Assembly (NCBI GenBank): GCA_913056385.1
Contig: CAJXND010000002.1
Span: forward strand, 47,108 to 111,107
Source: an uncultured Ectothiorhodospiraceae bacterium
Lineage (GTDB): Bacteria > Pseudomonadota > Gammaproteobacteria > Nitrococcales > Nitrococcaceae
Length of the DNA stretch: 64,000 nucleotides
Reading direction: 5' to 3'
Below the pieces are notes generated by a model. It had not been told where the DNA came from. It saw nothing but the letters and a program-made list of their open reading frames with translations, and ran no database searches. Below, piece after piece: positions 10,474 through 19,000 of this stretch. A program made the position numbers and the translations under genes. Each line of letters begins with the position of its first letter. Position 1 is the stretch's first letter.

Positions 10474-12215
10474 GCCGCCGCGACGCCGTGGAAATCCGCG
10501 AGCGGGACCTCCCGACATGCACGGACGATCTGCCAGCCACGCTCTCCCCGCTGTTGCGAAGGGTCTATCGCGGCCGCGGAGTAACGCGATCCGATGAACT
10601 CGATTATCGGCTCAACCAGCTCCCCCATCCGGGGTCGCTCCGGAGTGTCGGCTCGGCCGCGGCGGTGCTGGCCGACGCCATCACCGTCGGCCAGCGAATC
10701 CTGGTGGTTGGCGACTTCGACGCCGATGGTGCTACCAGCACCGCGCTCGCTGTACGGGCATTACATGCGATGGGCGCCTGCCGGGTCGACTATCTGGTGC
10801 CCAATCGCTTCCAGTTCGGTTACGGCCTGACGCCGGAGCTCGTCGAGGTCGCCAGGGCGTATGCCCCCGACCTGATTCTGACCGTGGACAACGGGGTCAG
10901 TGCCCACGCCGGCGTGGAGGCCGCGCAGGCAGCGGACATCGGTGTCGTGGTCACCGATCACCACCTGCCGGGTGAGTCGCTACCGGCGGCGCTCGCCATC
11001 GTCAATCCGCATATCGAATCACCGGCATTCGCAGGCCGCCATCTGGCGGGCGTGGGCGTGTGTTTCTACACGATGCTCGCCGTGCGCGCCGCTCTGCGCG
11101 AGCGGGCCTGGTTCAACACGGACCGTCCGGAGCCGGCACTGGTGGATAACCTCGATCTTGTCGCGCTGGGCACTGTAGCCGATGTCGTACCACTGGACCG
11201 TGTCAATCGCCTGCTCGTCGAACAGGGTCTGCGCCGGATCAGGGCCGGCCAGGCAACGCCGGGGGTGCTGGCGTTGCTGAACGCCGCCGGTCGCGATCCG
11301 GCCCGAGTCAACGCGATGGATCTCGGGTTCGGCGCCGCACCGCGTCTCAATGCCGCCGGCCGCCTGGATGATATGAGCCGGGGGATCGAGACGTTGCTTG
11401 CCGGCGACAAGCGCGGAGCCGACGCGCGCGCAACAAGCCTGGAGGCACTCAACCGGGAGCGGCGCGCCCTGGAGCGTGAGATGAGGGAAACGGCGCTCGC
11501 CGATATCGAGGCCCATGCCGAGGCGGCGGCGGGGGAGATGGCGCCGATACTCTGCCTGGTGGCGGACGATTGGCATCAGGGCGTGGTCGGCATCGTGGCG
11601 TCACGACTCAAGGAACGGTTCAGGCGCCCGGTGGTGGCCTTCGCGCCTGCGGACAATGGTGAGTTGAAGGGCTCGGCCCGCTCGGTGCCGGGATTGCATA
11701 TGCGCGATCTTTTCGAGGCCCTGGATACGCGCAGCGGGGGCAATCTCATCCTGCGCTTCGGCGGTCACGCAATGGCCGCCGGACTGAGCGTGCGGTCGGA
11801 GGATTTCGATGCGTTCAAGTCAGGTGTGACCGAGCTCGCCAGGGAATGGCTGGGCGACAAGCCGGCTGCGGAGATCCTCTGGACCGACGGCATACTATCC
11901 CCGGTGGATTATTGCCTCGAAACCGCCTCGGCGCTGCGCTATGCGGGTCCCTGGGGGGCCGGATTCCCCGAGCCGGTCTTCCATGACCGCTTCCTGGTGC
12001 GCGAACAGCGCATCGTCGGGGCGGATCACCTGAAGCTGCGTCTGAGTCCTCTCGGCGCCGGTCATCTGGAGGTCGACGCGATCGCGTTCAACGCCGTGGA
12101 CAACGGCTTTGCTGAAGCGCCCGGGGAGATTGAGGCGGTTTTCCGCCTCGACGTGAATCACTACCGGGGGATCGATCGGCTTCAGCTGATCGTCGACTAC
12201 CTTGCCGCCGCCTGA
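10470..12215 (+). CDS. recJ: Single-stranded DNA exonuclease RecJ
   Basis: GDFDADG, TVDNG, TDHH (DHH), LGTVADVV, APRLNAAGR, GGHAMAAG; ATG 10470 overlaps upstream stop. Confidence 0.97.
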   Translation: MSRRDAVEIRERDLPTCTDDLPATLSPLLRRVYRGRGVTRSDELDYRLNQLPHPGSLRSVGSAAAVLADAITVGQRILVVGDFDADGATSTALAVRALHAMGACRVDYLVPNRFQFGYGLTPELVEVARAYAPDLILTVDNGVSAHAGVEAAQAADIGVVVTDHHLPGESLPAALAIVNPHIESPAFAGRHLAGVGVCFYTMLAVRAALRERAWFNTDRPEPALVDNLDLVALGTVADVVPLDRVNRLLVEQGLRRIRAGQATPGVLALLNAAGRDPARVNAMDLGFGAAPRLNAAGRLDDMSRGIETLLAGDKRGADARATSLEALNRERRALEREMRETALADIEAHAEAAAGEMAPILCLVADDWHQGVVGIVASRLKERFRRPVVAFAPADNGELKGSARSVPGLHMRDLFEALDTRSGGNLILRFGGHAMAAGLSVRSEDFDAFKSGVTELAREWLGDKPAAEILWTDGILSPVDYCLETASALRYAGPWGAGFPEPVFHDRFLVREQRIVGADHLKLRLSPLGAGHLEVDAIAFNAVDNGFAEAPGEIEAVFRLDVNHYRGIDRLQLIVDYLAAA

Positions 12216-14293
12216 ACGGGCGATAGTCTGCCCACCATCCGAGGGGTTCCCCCGGCCTGAAGTTCGGCCAGGTCGGCAACCACTTCCACCGCCTCATCCA
12301 GCAGGACATCCGGCAGCGCATCCGGCTCCAGTTCGTCCAGACTCGCGAGGGGCTGGCGCCCGTAGGCAGTCAACTGGGCATTAACGGCGACCAGCCGAGC
12401 GGCCTCGGCTGCATCGATTTCCGCGCGGCGCTCGGCCTCATTGAGTGTTACTTGCGTCCTGTCACGCTCCGATTCGAGGCGGGAGGCCTCGCCTGCCACC
12501 GCCTGGAGTGCAGGATCGAGCCTGAGCCGTTGCTGATGGTGGCGCCGGAGTGTGTTGACCAGTCCGTCGAGCCGGCCTAGACGCACGTAGTCGGCGGAGC
12601 GGATGGTATCCCAGGGCAGGGCGTTATCCGCGGCACGCTCACCCATGTCGTTGCTGGCATGGGGATAGGGCATCTCCAGGTCCGGTGTGACGCCCTCCAG
12701 CTGTGTACTTTCGCCGTTGATCCGGTAGAACTTCGCAATGGTCAGCTTGAGCCGACCGCTGGGCGTCTCCTTGTCACCCACGCCGAAGCGCTCAAGGCCA
12801 ACCAGCGTCTGCACGGTGCCTTTGCCGAAGGTCTGGTCGCCCATGACCACCCCCCGGCCGTAGTCCTGCATGGCCGCCGCGAATATCTCCGAGGCGGATG
12901 CGCTGCGGCCGTCCACGAGCACTCCAAGGGGGCCATCATAGAGGGCGAGTTCACCGGCCGGATCGGTCAGGACCTCACGGCGACCGTTACTGCGATGCAC
13001 CTGCACCACCGGGCCCTGGTCGATGAACAGCCCGGTCATACGTACCGCTTCCTCCAGTGAACCGCCCGCGTTGCCGCGCAAATCGATGACCAGACCGTCG
13101 ATATCCGCGAGTGCCTCGCTAGCAAGCAGTTCGCGGACATCGCGCGTGGTGCTTCTATAGTCCTCATCGCCGGCGTTCGCCGCGCCGAAATCGGCATAGA
13201 AGGCCGGTATCTCGATCACGCCGATGCGTTCCGCGCCGTCTTCCCGCTCCACCTCGCGGACCTCGGCCCGGGCGGCCTGTTCCTCCAGTTCGATGGTGTT
13301 GCGGGTGAGCGTGATCACCCGCTCCCGGGACTCGCTGCCACGCGTGCTCGGGAGAATGCGCAGATGCACTTCCGAGCCCTTGGGTCCGCGGATCAGATCG
13401 ACCACGTCGGCGAGTCGCCAGCCGACGACGTCCTGCATATCATCCGGCGCCTGGCCAACACCGACGATCCGGTCACCGGCCTTGAGCTGACCACTGGTCT
13501 CTGCGGGGCCACCGGCGATGAGCTCCACGATCTCGACGAACTCTCCCTCGCTGCTGAGCAGTGCCCCGATGCCCTCCAGAGAGAGCCGCATGTTGATGTC
13601 GAAGTTCTCGGAGGTGCGCGGTGACATATAGCTGCTGTGGGGGTCGAACTCGCCAGCCCAGGCCGTCATGAAGACCTGGAAGACGTCCTCGGCGGTGTAC
13701 TGCGAGAGGGTCCGGGACAAGCGCTTGTAGCGACTCGCGAGGGATTCCTTGATCTCTTCAACTTCACGGCCATTGAGTTTCTGGGTAAGGGCGTCATTCA
13801 CCACACGCTTGCGCCAGAGTTCGTCGAGGTCTCCGGATGAGCGCACCCAGTCGACATCGGATCGGTCCAGCTCGAGGGTGGCGGCCGTATCGAAATCGAG
13901 CCCCGACGCGAGCACGTCGAGTGCGTAATCGCTTCGTTCGTTCACGCGCTGGCGATAGCGCTCGAAGATGGCATAGGCGGTGTCGAGACGTCCGCTGCTG
14001 ATTTCATCGTCAAGTTGATCACTGCGATCGGCAAACGCCTCCAGGTCCGCCGCGGTGAAGTAGAAGCGCTGCGGATCAAGGGCGTCAAAATAGGCTCGGT
14101 AGACTTCCTCCGAGAGCTGGTCGTTGGTTTGCAGATCGTTGTAGTGGTAGCGGGACAGCAACTCGCCGACCACCTGGCCCGCGCGCTCCTGGAGAGGATC
14201 GGGCTCGATGGCCTCGCCGGCGAGTGACAGGGCGGGCTGCGTGAACAGCAGCGTCATCGCCAGCAGGGCGTGTGTGAATGTGGCTCGGATCAA
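12197..14293 (-). CDS. prc: Carboxy-terminal processing (tail-specific) protease, S41A with PDZ
   Basis: DPHSSY, LEGIGA, IDLRGNAGGSL, SASASEIFA, TFGKGTVQ, TQLEGVTPD; N-terminal signal peptide. Confidence 0.95.
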   Translation of the reverse strand: MIRATFTHALLAMTLLFTQPALSLAGEAIEPDPLQERAGQVVGELLSRYHYNDLQTNDQLSEEVYRAYFDALDPQRFYFTAADLEAFADRSDQLDDEISSGRLDTAYAIFERYRQRVNERSDYALDVLASGLDFDTAATLELDRSDVDWVRSSGDLDELWRKRVVNDALTQKLNGREVEEIKESLASRYKRLSRTLSQYTAEDVFQVFMTAWAGEFDPHSSYMSPRTSENFDINMRLSLEGIGALLSSEGEFVEIVELIAGGPAETSGQLKAGDRIVGVGQAPDDMQDVVGWRLADVVDLIRGPKGSEVHLRILPSTRGSESRERVITLTRNTIELEEQAARAEVREVEREDGAERIGVIEIPAFYADFGAANAGDEDYRSTTRDVRELLASEALADIDGLVIDLRGNAGGSLEEAVRMTGLFIDQGPVVQVHRSNGRREVLTDPAGELALYDGPLGVLVDGRSASASEIFAAAMQDYGRGVVMGDQTFGKGTVQTLVGLERFGVGDKETPSGRLKLTIAKFYRINGESTQLEGVTPDLEMPYPHASNDMGERAADNALPWDTIRSADYVRLGRLDGLVNTLRRHHQQRLRLDPALQAVAGEASRLESERDRTQVTLNEAERRAEIDAAEAARLVAVNAQLTAYGRQPLASLDELEPDALPDVLLDEAVEVVADLAELQAGGTPRMVGRLSPVQAAAR

Positions 14294-14402
14294 TGTTCTG
14301 CCTCATGCCTTCAGCGACTGTAACCACTCTGACATCCCGCGGGGCAGGAAAATCCCCTGATGAATCTGCTAGCGTAGCGGCATCGCAACGGTAGGGGAAC
14401 CA

Positions 14403-15254
14403 ATGTTCGTTGATTTTCGTTGGCCGAACTGGCATCGCGAGGACGCATCGGAGCTCGAGATCTTCAGCGTCGCCCCGGTGGATGAGGGGGTAGCGCGGTC
14501 CACACCGGTGGTGTTCGTCCACGGCGCGTTCGTGGGCGGATGGTGCTGGCAGGCCCATTTTCTGGACTATTTCGCGTCCTGCGGCTTTCAGACGATCGCG
14601 CCAAGCCTGCGCGGGCATGGTGGCAGCGCTGGACGTGGCAGGCTGGATACCTATGGGATTCGGGAGTATGTCGGTGACCTCGAGCGTGTTGTCGCCGGGC
14701 TCGACGGACCGCCACCGGTCCTCGTTGGCCACTCCATGGGCGCGCTCGTCGTCCAGCGCTACCTGGAGCGGTTTCCCGCATCGGCCGCCGTGCTGATGGC
14801 GCCAGTCCCGCCGCAGGGGCTTTTGCCGTCGACGCTGCGCATGGCGATCGGCGATCCATTGCTCTACGCACAGTACGGGCTCATGCAGGCGTTCGGCTCG
14901 GGGGTCATCGACACGGATGTGGCGCAGCGCGCCATTTTCTCGGAACAGATGCCGGACGAACAGCTCACGGCCTATGCCCGGCGGGTCCAGCGCGAATCCC
15001 AGCGGGCCCTCTGGGACATGAACGTGCATGCTGCCGGCCGCCCGTGGCTCGCCCCGGAAACCGTCCCCATGCAGGTCCTTGCCGCGGACGACGATGCCCT
15101 GTTCCATGCCGATGAAACGCGCGCGGTGGCCGACCTCTGGGGATGCCAGTGGCAGTCGCTGCCGGACTTGGGCCATGCCATGATGCTTGAGCCGGGCTGG
15201 CGAGATGCCGCAGACGCCATCATCCGCTGGATCTGGCAGGAGGGGGTGCGTTAG
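14403..15254 (+). CDS. Alpha/beta-fold hydrolase
   Basis: VFVHGAF, SLRGHG, nucleophile GHSMG, DDALF, GHAMMLE catalytic-triad pattern. Confidence 0.9.
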   Translation: MFVDFRWPNWHREDASELEIFSVAPVDEGVARSTPVVFVHGAFVGGWCWQAHFLDYFASCGFQTIAPSLRGHGGSAGRGRLDTYGIREYVGDLERVVAGLDGPPPVLVGHSMGALVVQRYLERFPASAAVLMAPVPPQGLLPSTLRMAIGDPLLYAQYGLMQAFGSGVIDTDVAQRAIFSEQMPDEQLTAYARRVQRESQRALWDMNVHAAGRPWLAPETVPMQVLAADDDALFHADETRAVADLWGCQWQSLPDLGHAMMLEPGWRDAADAIIRWIWQEGVR

Positions 15255-15260
15255 CCGACA

Positions 15261-15743
15261 CTACCAGCGATATTTGTCCCAAAGCTCCGGATTGGCCCAG
15301 TGACGGGCGTTGAGCCAGTCCGGCGTGACCTTGTAGTGGGCGATATCGAACTCGTACCAGCGCCGTCGGCCATCCGGATCCAGACTGCTGGCCCAGCGCT
15401 GAAAGCCGAGACCGACAAGTTCCTGGCGGCCCAGGTGCCCGCCATGATCGCGGCTGGCGATCACCAGGACACGGTCGGCATGCAGATCGCGCAGACGCCC
15501 CACGAGCTGGACGGCGCCTGCTGCCGATGGGAATGCGGATGCGCCGTCGACCACGGCCAGTGCCGCCCGGGGTAGCCCGTCGAGGTGTGATTCCGCCACA
15601 TCGGGGGCGAACAGCGTGACCCCACGGTCTCCCACAGCCCGGCGAACCGACGAGGCGTCCGTGACGACCAGCGACGTGCCTTCACCCGCCGATTCAATTG
15701 CCGTCTCCAGCAGCTCCAGCGTGCCCGGGGCCTCTGTATTCAT
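15261..15743 (-). CDS. DUF6231-like hypothetical protein
   Basis: C-terminal YEFDIAHYKVTPDWLNARHWANPELWDKYRW, recalled as the DUF6231 signature; ATGA overlap with parA-like gene. Confidence 0.7.
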   Translation of the reverse strand: MNTEAPGTLELLETAIESAGEGTSLVVTDASSVRRAVGDRGVTLFAPDVAESHLDGLPRAALAVVDGASAFPSAAGAVQLVGRLRDLHADRVLVIASRDHGGHLGRQELVGLGFQRWASSLDPDGRRRWYEFDIAHYKVTPDWLNARHWANPELWDKYRW

Positions 15744-16507
15744 GCCGACTCCAGCGAATCATGCAGGGCTACGAATGCCTCGGTGAGCTTGTGCCGTGGA
15801 GCCAGATCAATCAGTGGGCGCGCCGCCTGATGGGATTCGCGCACCTTGACCGACGCCGGCAGAAAGGGTTCGGCAACCGGATTGCCGCGATCGCGCAACT
15901 CTTCCGCAAGTTCGCGCGGCAGACGGGCGCGTGACTGGAACTGGTTGACGACGATGGCCTCGATATTGAGATCCGGGTTGTGGTCGAGACGCAATTCCTC
16001 GACGGCGGCAATCAGTTCGTCGAGCGCCTGCCGGGCGAAGGCGTCGCAGTCGAAGGGTACAAGACAACGATCCGCGGCGATCAACGCCGAGCGGGTATAG
16101 AAATTCAGTGCCGGCGGCGTATCGATGTAGACCCGGTCGAACGACTCCAGCGCGGCGAGGGACTCGCGGAGCTTGTAGATTTTGTATCGCGATTCCAGCC
16201 GGCCCTGCAGCGTCTCGAGTTCGGGATGGGCGGCAACCACGGCCAGATTCTCATACCGCGTGGGCCGAGCAATTTCAGCAATATCGCGGGGATAAATACG
16301 AAAGCTGAGCGTATCTTCAAAATATCCGGCGACGCTTTCGCCCGGATCGTCCACCGCTTCGCCGAGTAAGTAATGCGTCGCATTGGCCTGTGCGTCGAGA
16401 TCGATTACCAGCGTGCGCAGGCCACGGTGGGCGGCGATCGCGGCCAGGTTGCAGGTGATGGTCGATTTGCCGACGCCGCCCTTCTGGTTGAATATCACCC
16501 GGCGCAT
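15740..16507 (-). CDS. Orphan ParA/Soj-family ATPase
   Basis: Deviant Walker A NQKGGVGKS, DLDAQANAT, IDTPPALN; start MRRVIF; no adjacent parB. Confidence 0.92.
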   Translation of the reverse strand: MRRVIFNQKGGVGKSTITCNLAAIAAHRGLRTLVIDLDAQANATHYLLGEAVDDPGESVAGYFEDTLSFRIYPRDIAEIARPTRYENLAVVAAHPELETLQGRLESRYKIYKLRESLAALESFDRVYIDTPPALNFYTRSALIAADRCLVPFDCDAFARQALDELIAAVEELRLDHNPDLNIEAIVVNQFQSRARLPRELAEELRDRGNPVAEPFLPASVKVRESHQAARPLIDLAPRHKLTEAFVALHDSLESA

Positions 16508-16581
16508 ATCGTCACTCCTGATAGACTGCCCCCGCCTGACCATCAGTCTAGGCACGTCGTGTACCCGGGTCGAGGGCTCCT

Positions 16582-17625
16582 ATGTTCAGCGTACTGAGAC
16601 GTCTGCTTTTCATGATGCCGCCGGAGCGCGCCCATGACCTCGCTCTGGGGGCAATGGACGGCCTCGCGCGGCTTGGCGGCGAGCGGTTCATGCCGTCGCC
16701 GGTAGAGGATAAGCGGCGCGTGATGGGGCTGTCGTTCCGCAATGCCGTCGGTCTCTCGGCAGGGCTCGATAAAAATGGGGATCACATCCGCGGACTTGCG
16801 GCGATGGGATTCGGGTTCGTCGAGCTCGGTACGGTCACCCCGGTGGGGCAGCCCGGCAATCCGCCACCGCGACTGTTTCGTCTGCCCGCGCACGAGGCGC
16901 TCATCAATCGGCTGGGATTCAACAATCAGGGCGTGGATTATCTCTGCGAGGCGGTGATGACCGCGCGTCAACATGTCGACATCCCCATCGGGATCAACAT
17001 CGGCAAGAACCGCGATACGCCGCTGGAGCAGGCGGCAGCGGATTATTGTCACTGCCTGCATGCGGTCCATGCCATTGCCGATTATGTGGTCGTCAACCTC
17101 TCCTCGCCGAACACACCGGGCCTGCGGTCGCTGCAGGCGGGCAGGGAACTGACCGGGCTTGTCCGGCGCCTGCAGGAGGAACAGGGCGCATTGGAAGCGG
17201 AAGCCGGGCGTCGTGTCCCGCTGGTGGTGAAGATCGCGCCAGACCTGACCGATGACGACCTGCGAGGTCTTGTCGACGCGTTGCTCGAGTGTGGTATCGA
17301 CGGCATCACGGCCACCAATACGACCATCGACCACAGCCGGGTGGCCGGCAGTCGCCATGCCAAGGAGACCGGTGGCCTCAGCGGCGCACCACTCCGCGCT
17401 CGAGCCACGGAGGTCGTGCGCCAGGTCCGCCACCAGGCCGGCCCGGATCTGCCGATCATCGCCGTTGGCGGCATCATGAGCCCGGCGGACGCGGTGGAGA
17501 AAATGGAAGCCGGCGCCAACCTGGTCCAGATCTACACCGGTCTGATCTACAAGGGTCCGCGCCTCGTTCGCGAGTCCGCGGCCGAGATCCGCGACCACTG
17601 CCCGGCGTCCCGGGACTTGTCCTGA
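16582..17625 (+). CDS. pyrD: Quinone-dependent dihydroorotate dehydrogenase (class 2)
   Basis: PPERAH, SAGLDKNG, GTVTP..QPGNPPPRLFRL, NRLGFNNQG, NLSSPNTPGLR, VKIAPDL, GGLSG. Confidence 0.97.
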   Translation: MFSVLRRLLFMMPPERAHDLALGAMDGLARLGGERFMPSPVEDKRRVMGLSFRNAVGLSAGLDKNGDHIRGLAAMGFGFVELGTVTPVGQPGNPPPRLFRLPAHEALINRLGFNNQGVDYLCEAVMTARQHVDIPIGINIGKNRDTPLEQAAADYCHCLHAVHAIADYVVVNLSSPNTPGLRSLQAGRELTGLVRRLQEEQGALEAEAGRRVPLVVKIAPDLTDDDLRGLVDALLECGIDGITATNTTIDHSRVAGSRHAKETGGLSGAPLRARATEVVRQVRHQAGPDLPIIAVGGIMSPADAVEKMEAGANLVQIYTGLIYKGPRLVRESAAEIRDHCPASRDLS

Positions 17626-17645
17626 AGCCTCGCGCGATGGACAAT
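17617..17645 (+). promoter_or_regulatory. Probable sigma70 promoter of tRNA-Ser
   Basis: TTGTCC, 17 nt, GACAAT, then GC-rich discriminator 11 nt before the tRNA 5' end. Confidence 0.4.
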
Positions 17646-17655
17646 CTCCACCGCT

Positions 17656-17745
17656 GGAGAGGTGGCAGAGTGGTCGAATGCGGCGGACTTGAAATCCGTT
17701 GAGTCCTCACGGGCTCCGGGGGTTCGAATCCCTCCCTCTCCGCCA
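17656..17745 (+). tRNA. tRNA-Ser (anticodon TGA), 90 nt with long variable arm
   Basis: GGAGAGG acceptor pairs with CCTCTCC + GCCA; D-loop GAGTGGTCGAA; anticodon arm GCGGA-CTTGAAA-TCCGT; T-loop GGTTCGAATCC; encoded CCA. Confidence 0.97.
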
Positions 17746-17783
17746 GATACGAAAGCGGCCCCACCGGGGCCGTTTTCGTATCT
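17745..17783 (+). terminator. 18-bp hairpin after tRNA-Ser (copy 1), terminator-like
   Basis: AGATACGAAAGCGGCCCC-ACC-GGGGCCGTTTTCGTATCT; one G-U pair. Confidence 0.65.
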
Positions 17784-17789
17784 GATCGT

Positions 17790-17924
17790 GCCGGGGTTCG
17801 AACCCCCGGAGCAGACAGAGCGGGTTCGACCAACTGCCGCCAGGCAGTTGGGACGCCGAGCGGCGCGGCGAGGCGCCCGGAGGGCGAGGCCCGGCGGGCC
17901 GAGTCAATCCCTCCCTCTCCGCCA
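17790..17924 (+). ncRNA. RtT-like structured RNA (tRNA-associated repeat unit)
   Basis: GGTTCGAC + CAACTGCC/GGCAGTTG hairpin + CCCGGAGGGCGAGGC...GAGTCAATCC + tRNA 3' end; resembles the E. coli tyrT 178-bp RtT repeat as I recall it; not run against Rfam. Confidence 0.6.
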
Positions 17925-17962
17925 GATACGAAAGCGGCCCCACCGGGGCCGTTTTTGTATCT
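17924..17962 (+). terminator. 18-bp hairpin (copy 2), possibly bidirectional terminator facing the beta-barrel gene
   Basis: Same inverted repeat as 17745-17783. Confidence 0.55.
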
Positions 17963-18020
17963 GATCGTGCCGGGGTTCGAACCCCCGGAGCAGACAGAGC
18001 GGGTTCGACCAATCGCCAGT

Positions 18021-18584
18021 CTAGAAGCGGTACTCGACGCCCGCCGAGAAGCTGGGCGTGTAGCGGAAGCTCTCGAAGGTATCACCCAGCATGGTGCTGT
18101 TGGCCGCCGCGTTCGGAGAGGAGCGGCCGGCGTCGAGGGTATCGGCAACGCCTTCGAAGGTAAGGCCCATATCCAGCGAGAGCCCCAGGCGCCCCTGCGT
18201 GCCGAGATCGTTGTCCCAGCCGACGCCCAGGTAGGTCCGCATATCCTCTGCATCGAGGCCGGGCATGCTGAAGGAATTGGCATCCAGCAGCTCTTCCCCG
18301 TACAGCGCGCCGCCGGTCATTCGCAGACCGCTCTCATGCAGGGACCAGTCCACCAGGGCCGAAAACTGCATCGACTCATCAACCAGGGAAAAGGCGGTCC
18401 GCCGCGCCGATCCGATCCCGGACGATTCGCGATTCACTCCGAAACGGATATCAAGGCGCTCGCTGAGGTGCGAGGTAAGCTCAAGCTCGGGCTGGACCCC
18501 CAGCCGCCAGTCGGGGGACTGGGCATGCACGACAGGCGCGGCCACCCATGCCATGGCAACCGCCGCAACAAGCTTTCCTGTCAT
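18021..18584 (-). CDS. Predicted outer-membrane beta-barrel protein, function unknown (start Met at 18584 or 18599)
   Basis: Signal peptide ending VHA; amphipathic strands (YLGVGW, LSLDMGLTF); C-terminal SAGVEYRF BAM-type motif. Confidence 0.7.
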   Translation of the reverse strand: MTGKLVAAVAMAWVAAPVVHAQSPDWRLGVQPELELTSHLSERLDIRFGVNRESSGIGSARRTAFSLVDESMQFSALVDWSLHESGLRMTGGALYGEELLDANSFSMPGLDAEDMRTYLGVGWDNDLGTQGRLGLSLDMGLTFEGVADTLDAGRSSPNAAANSTMLGDTFESFRYTPSFSAGVEYRF

Positions 18585-18650
18585 GCGTTTAGCGCTCATG
18601 CCTATATTATTGCGCAAACCGTTGTGAAAACGAACCCCTATCCGACTGAT

Positions 18651-18896
18651 TTATGACTGATAGCGTGATTTCCACTCGGCATAGGGCATGCCGTGAATCA
18701 TCTCCCGTGCGGTTTCCTTGTCCAGTTCGATGCCCCGTTCGGCGGCGGCCTCCGCATACCAGCGCGCAAGGCAGTTGCGGCAGAACCCGGCCTGGTTCAT
18801 GAGGTCGATATTCTGGACATCGGTGCGCTCACGAAGATGCTCGACAAGCGCCCGGAATGCGGCGGCCTCGATTGCGGTGCGTTGCAGATCGTCCAT
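18651..18896 (-). CDS. DUF1244 domain protein
   Basis: IEAAAFRALVEHL, VQNIDLMNQAGFCRNCL, IHGMPYAEWK. Confidence 0.88.
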   Translation of the reverse strand: MDDLQRTAIEAAAFRALVEHLRERTDVQNIDLMNQAGFCRNCLARWYAEAAAERGIELDKETAREMIHGMPYAEWKSRYQS

Positions 18897-19000
18897 GGCT
18901 TTAATCCTCGGCAGACGGGTCGGATGCGATTCGCGTTACATTATGTCAGTCAGCAGAGGATTCCGGGTGGAATCGGCTTTCCGAACATGAGCAGGACAGG

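Larger units (their letters stand above)
17727..18012 (+). repeat. tRNA-linked direct repeat, 179-bp period: 107-bp copies at 17727-17833 and 17906-18012 with one mismatch
   Basis: Both copies start AATCCCTCCCTCTCCGCCA (last 19 nt of tRNA-Ser) and run to GGGTTCGACCAA; differ only at TTTTCGTA vs TTTTTGTA. Confidence 0.95.

Noticed and set aside
17906-17924. Second tRNA-Ser gene or attR of a prophage/island
   Set aside because: Only the last 19 nt are present; the 160 bp between copies has no integrase or cargo and the downstream hairpin region is duplicated too, which fits a tandem repeat unit
17727-18012. CRISPR array
   Set aside because: Only two 107-bp copies, far longer than CRISPR repeats, starting with tRNA sequence; no cas genes
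17474-18283. ORFs over the tRNA and repeat (17474-18283, 17662-17964, 17707-18012, 17955-18656)
   Set aside because: Translations of tRNA/repeat DNA or antisense to the beta-barrel gene; internal peptide repeats just mirror the DNA repeat
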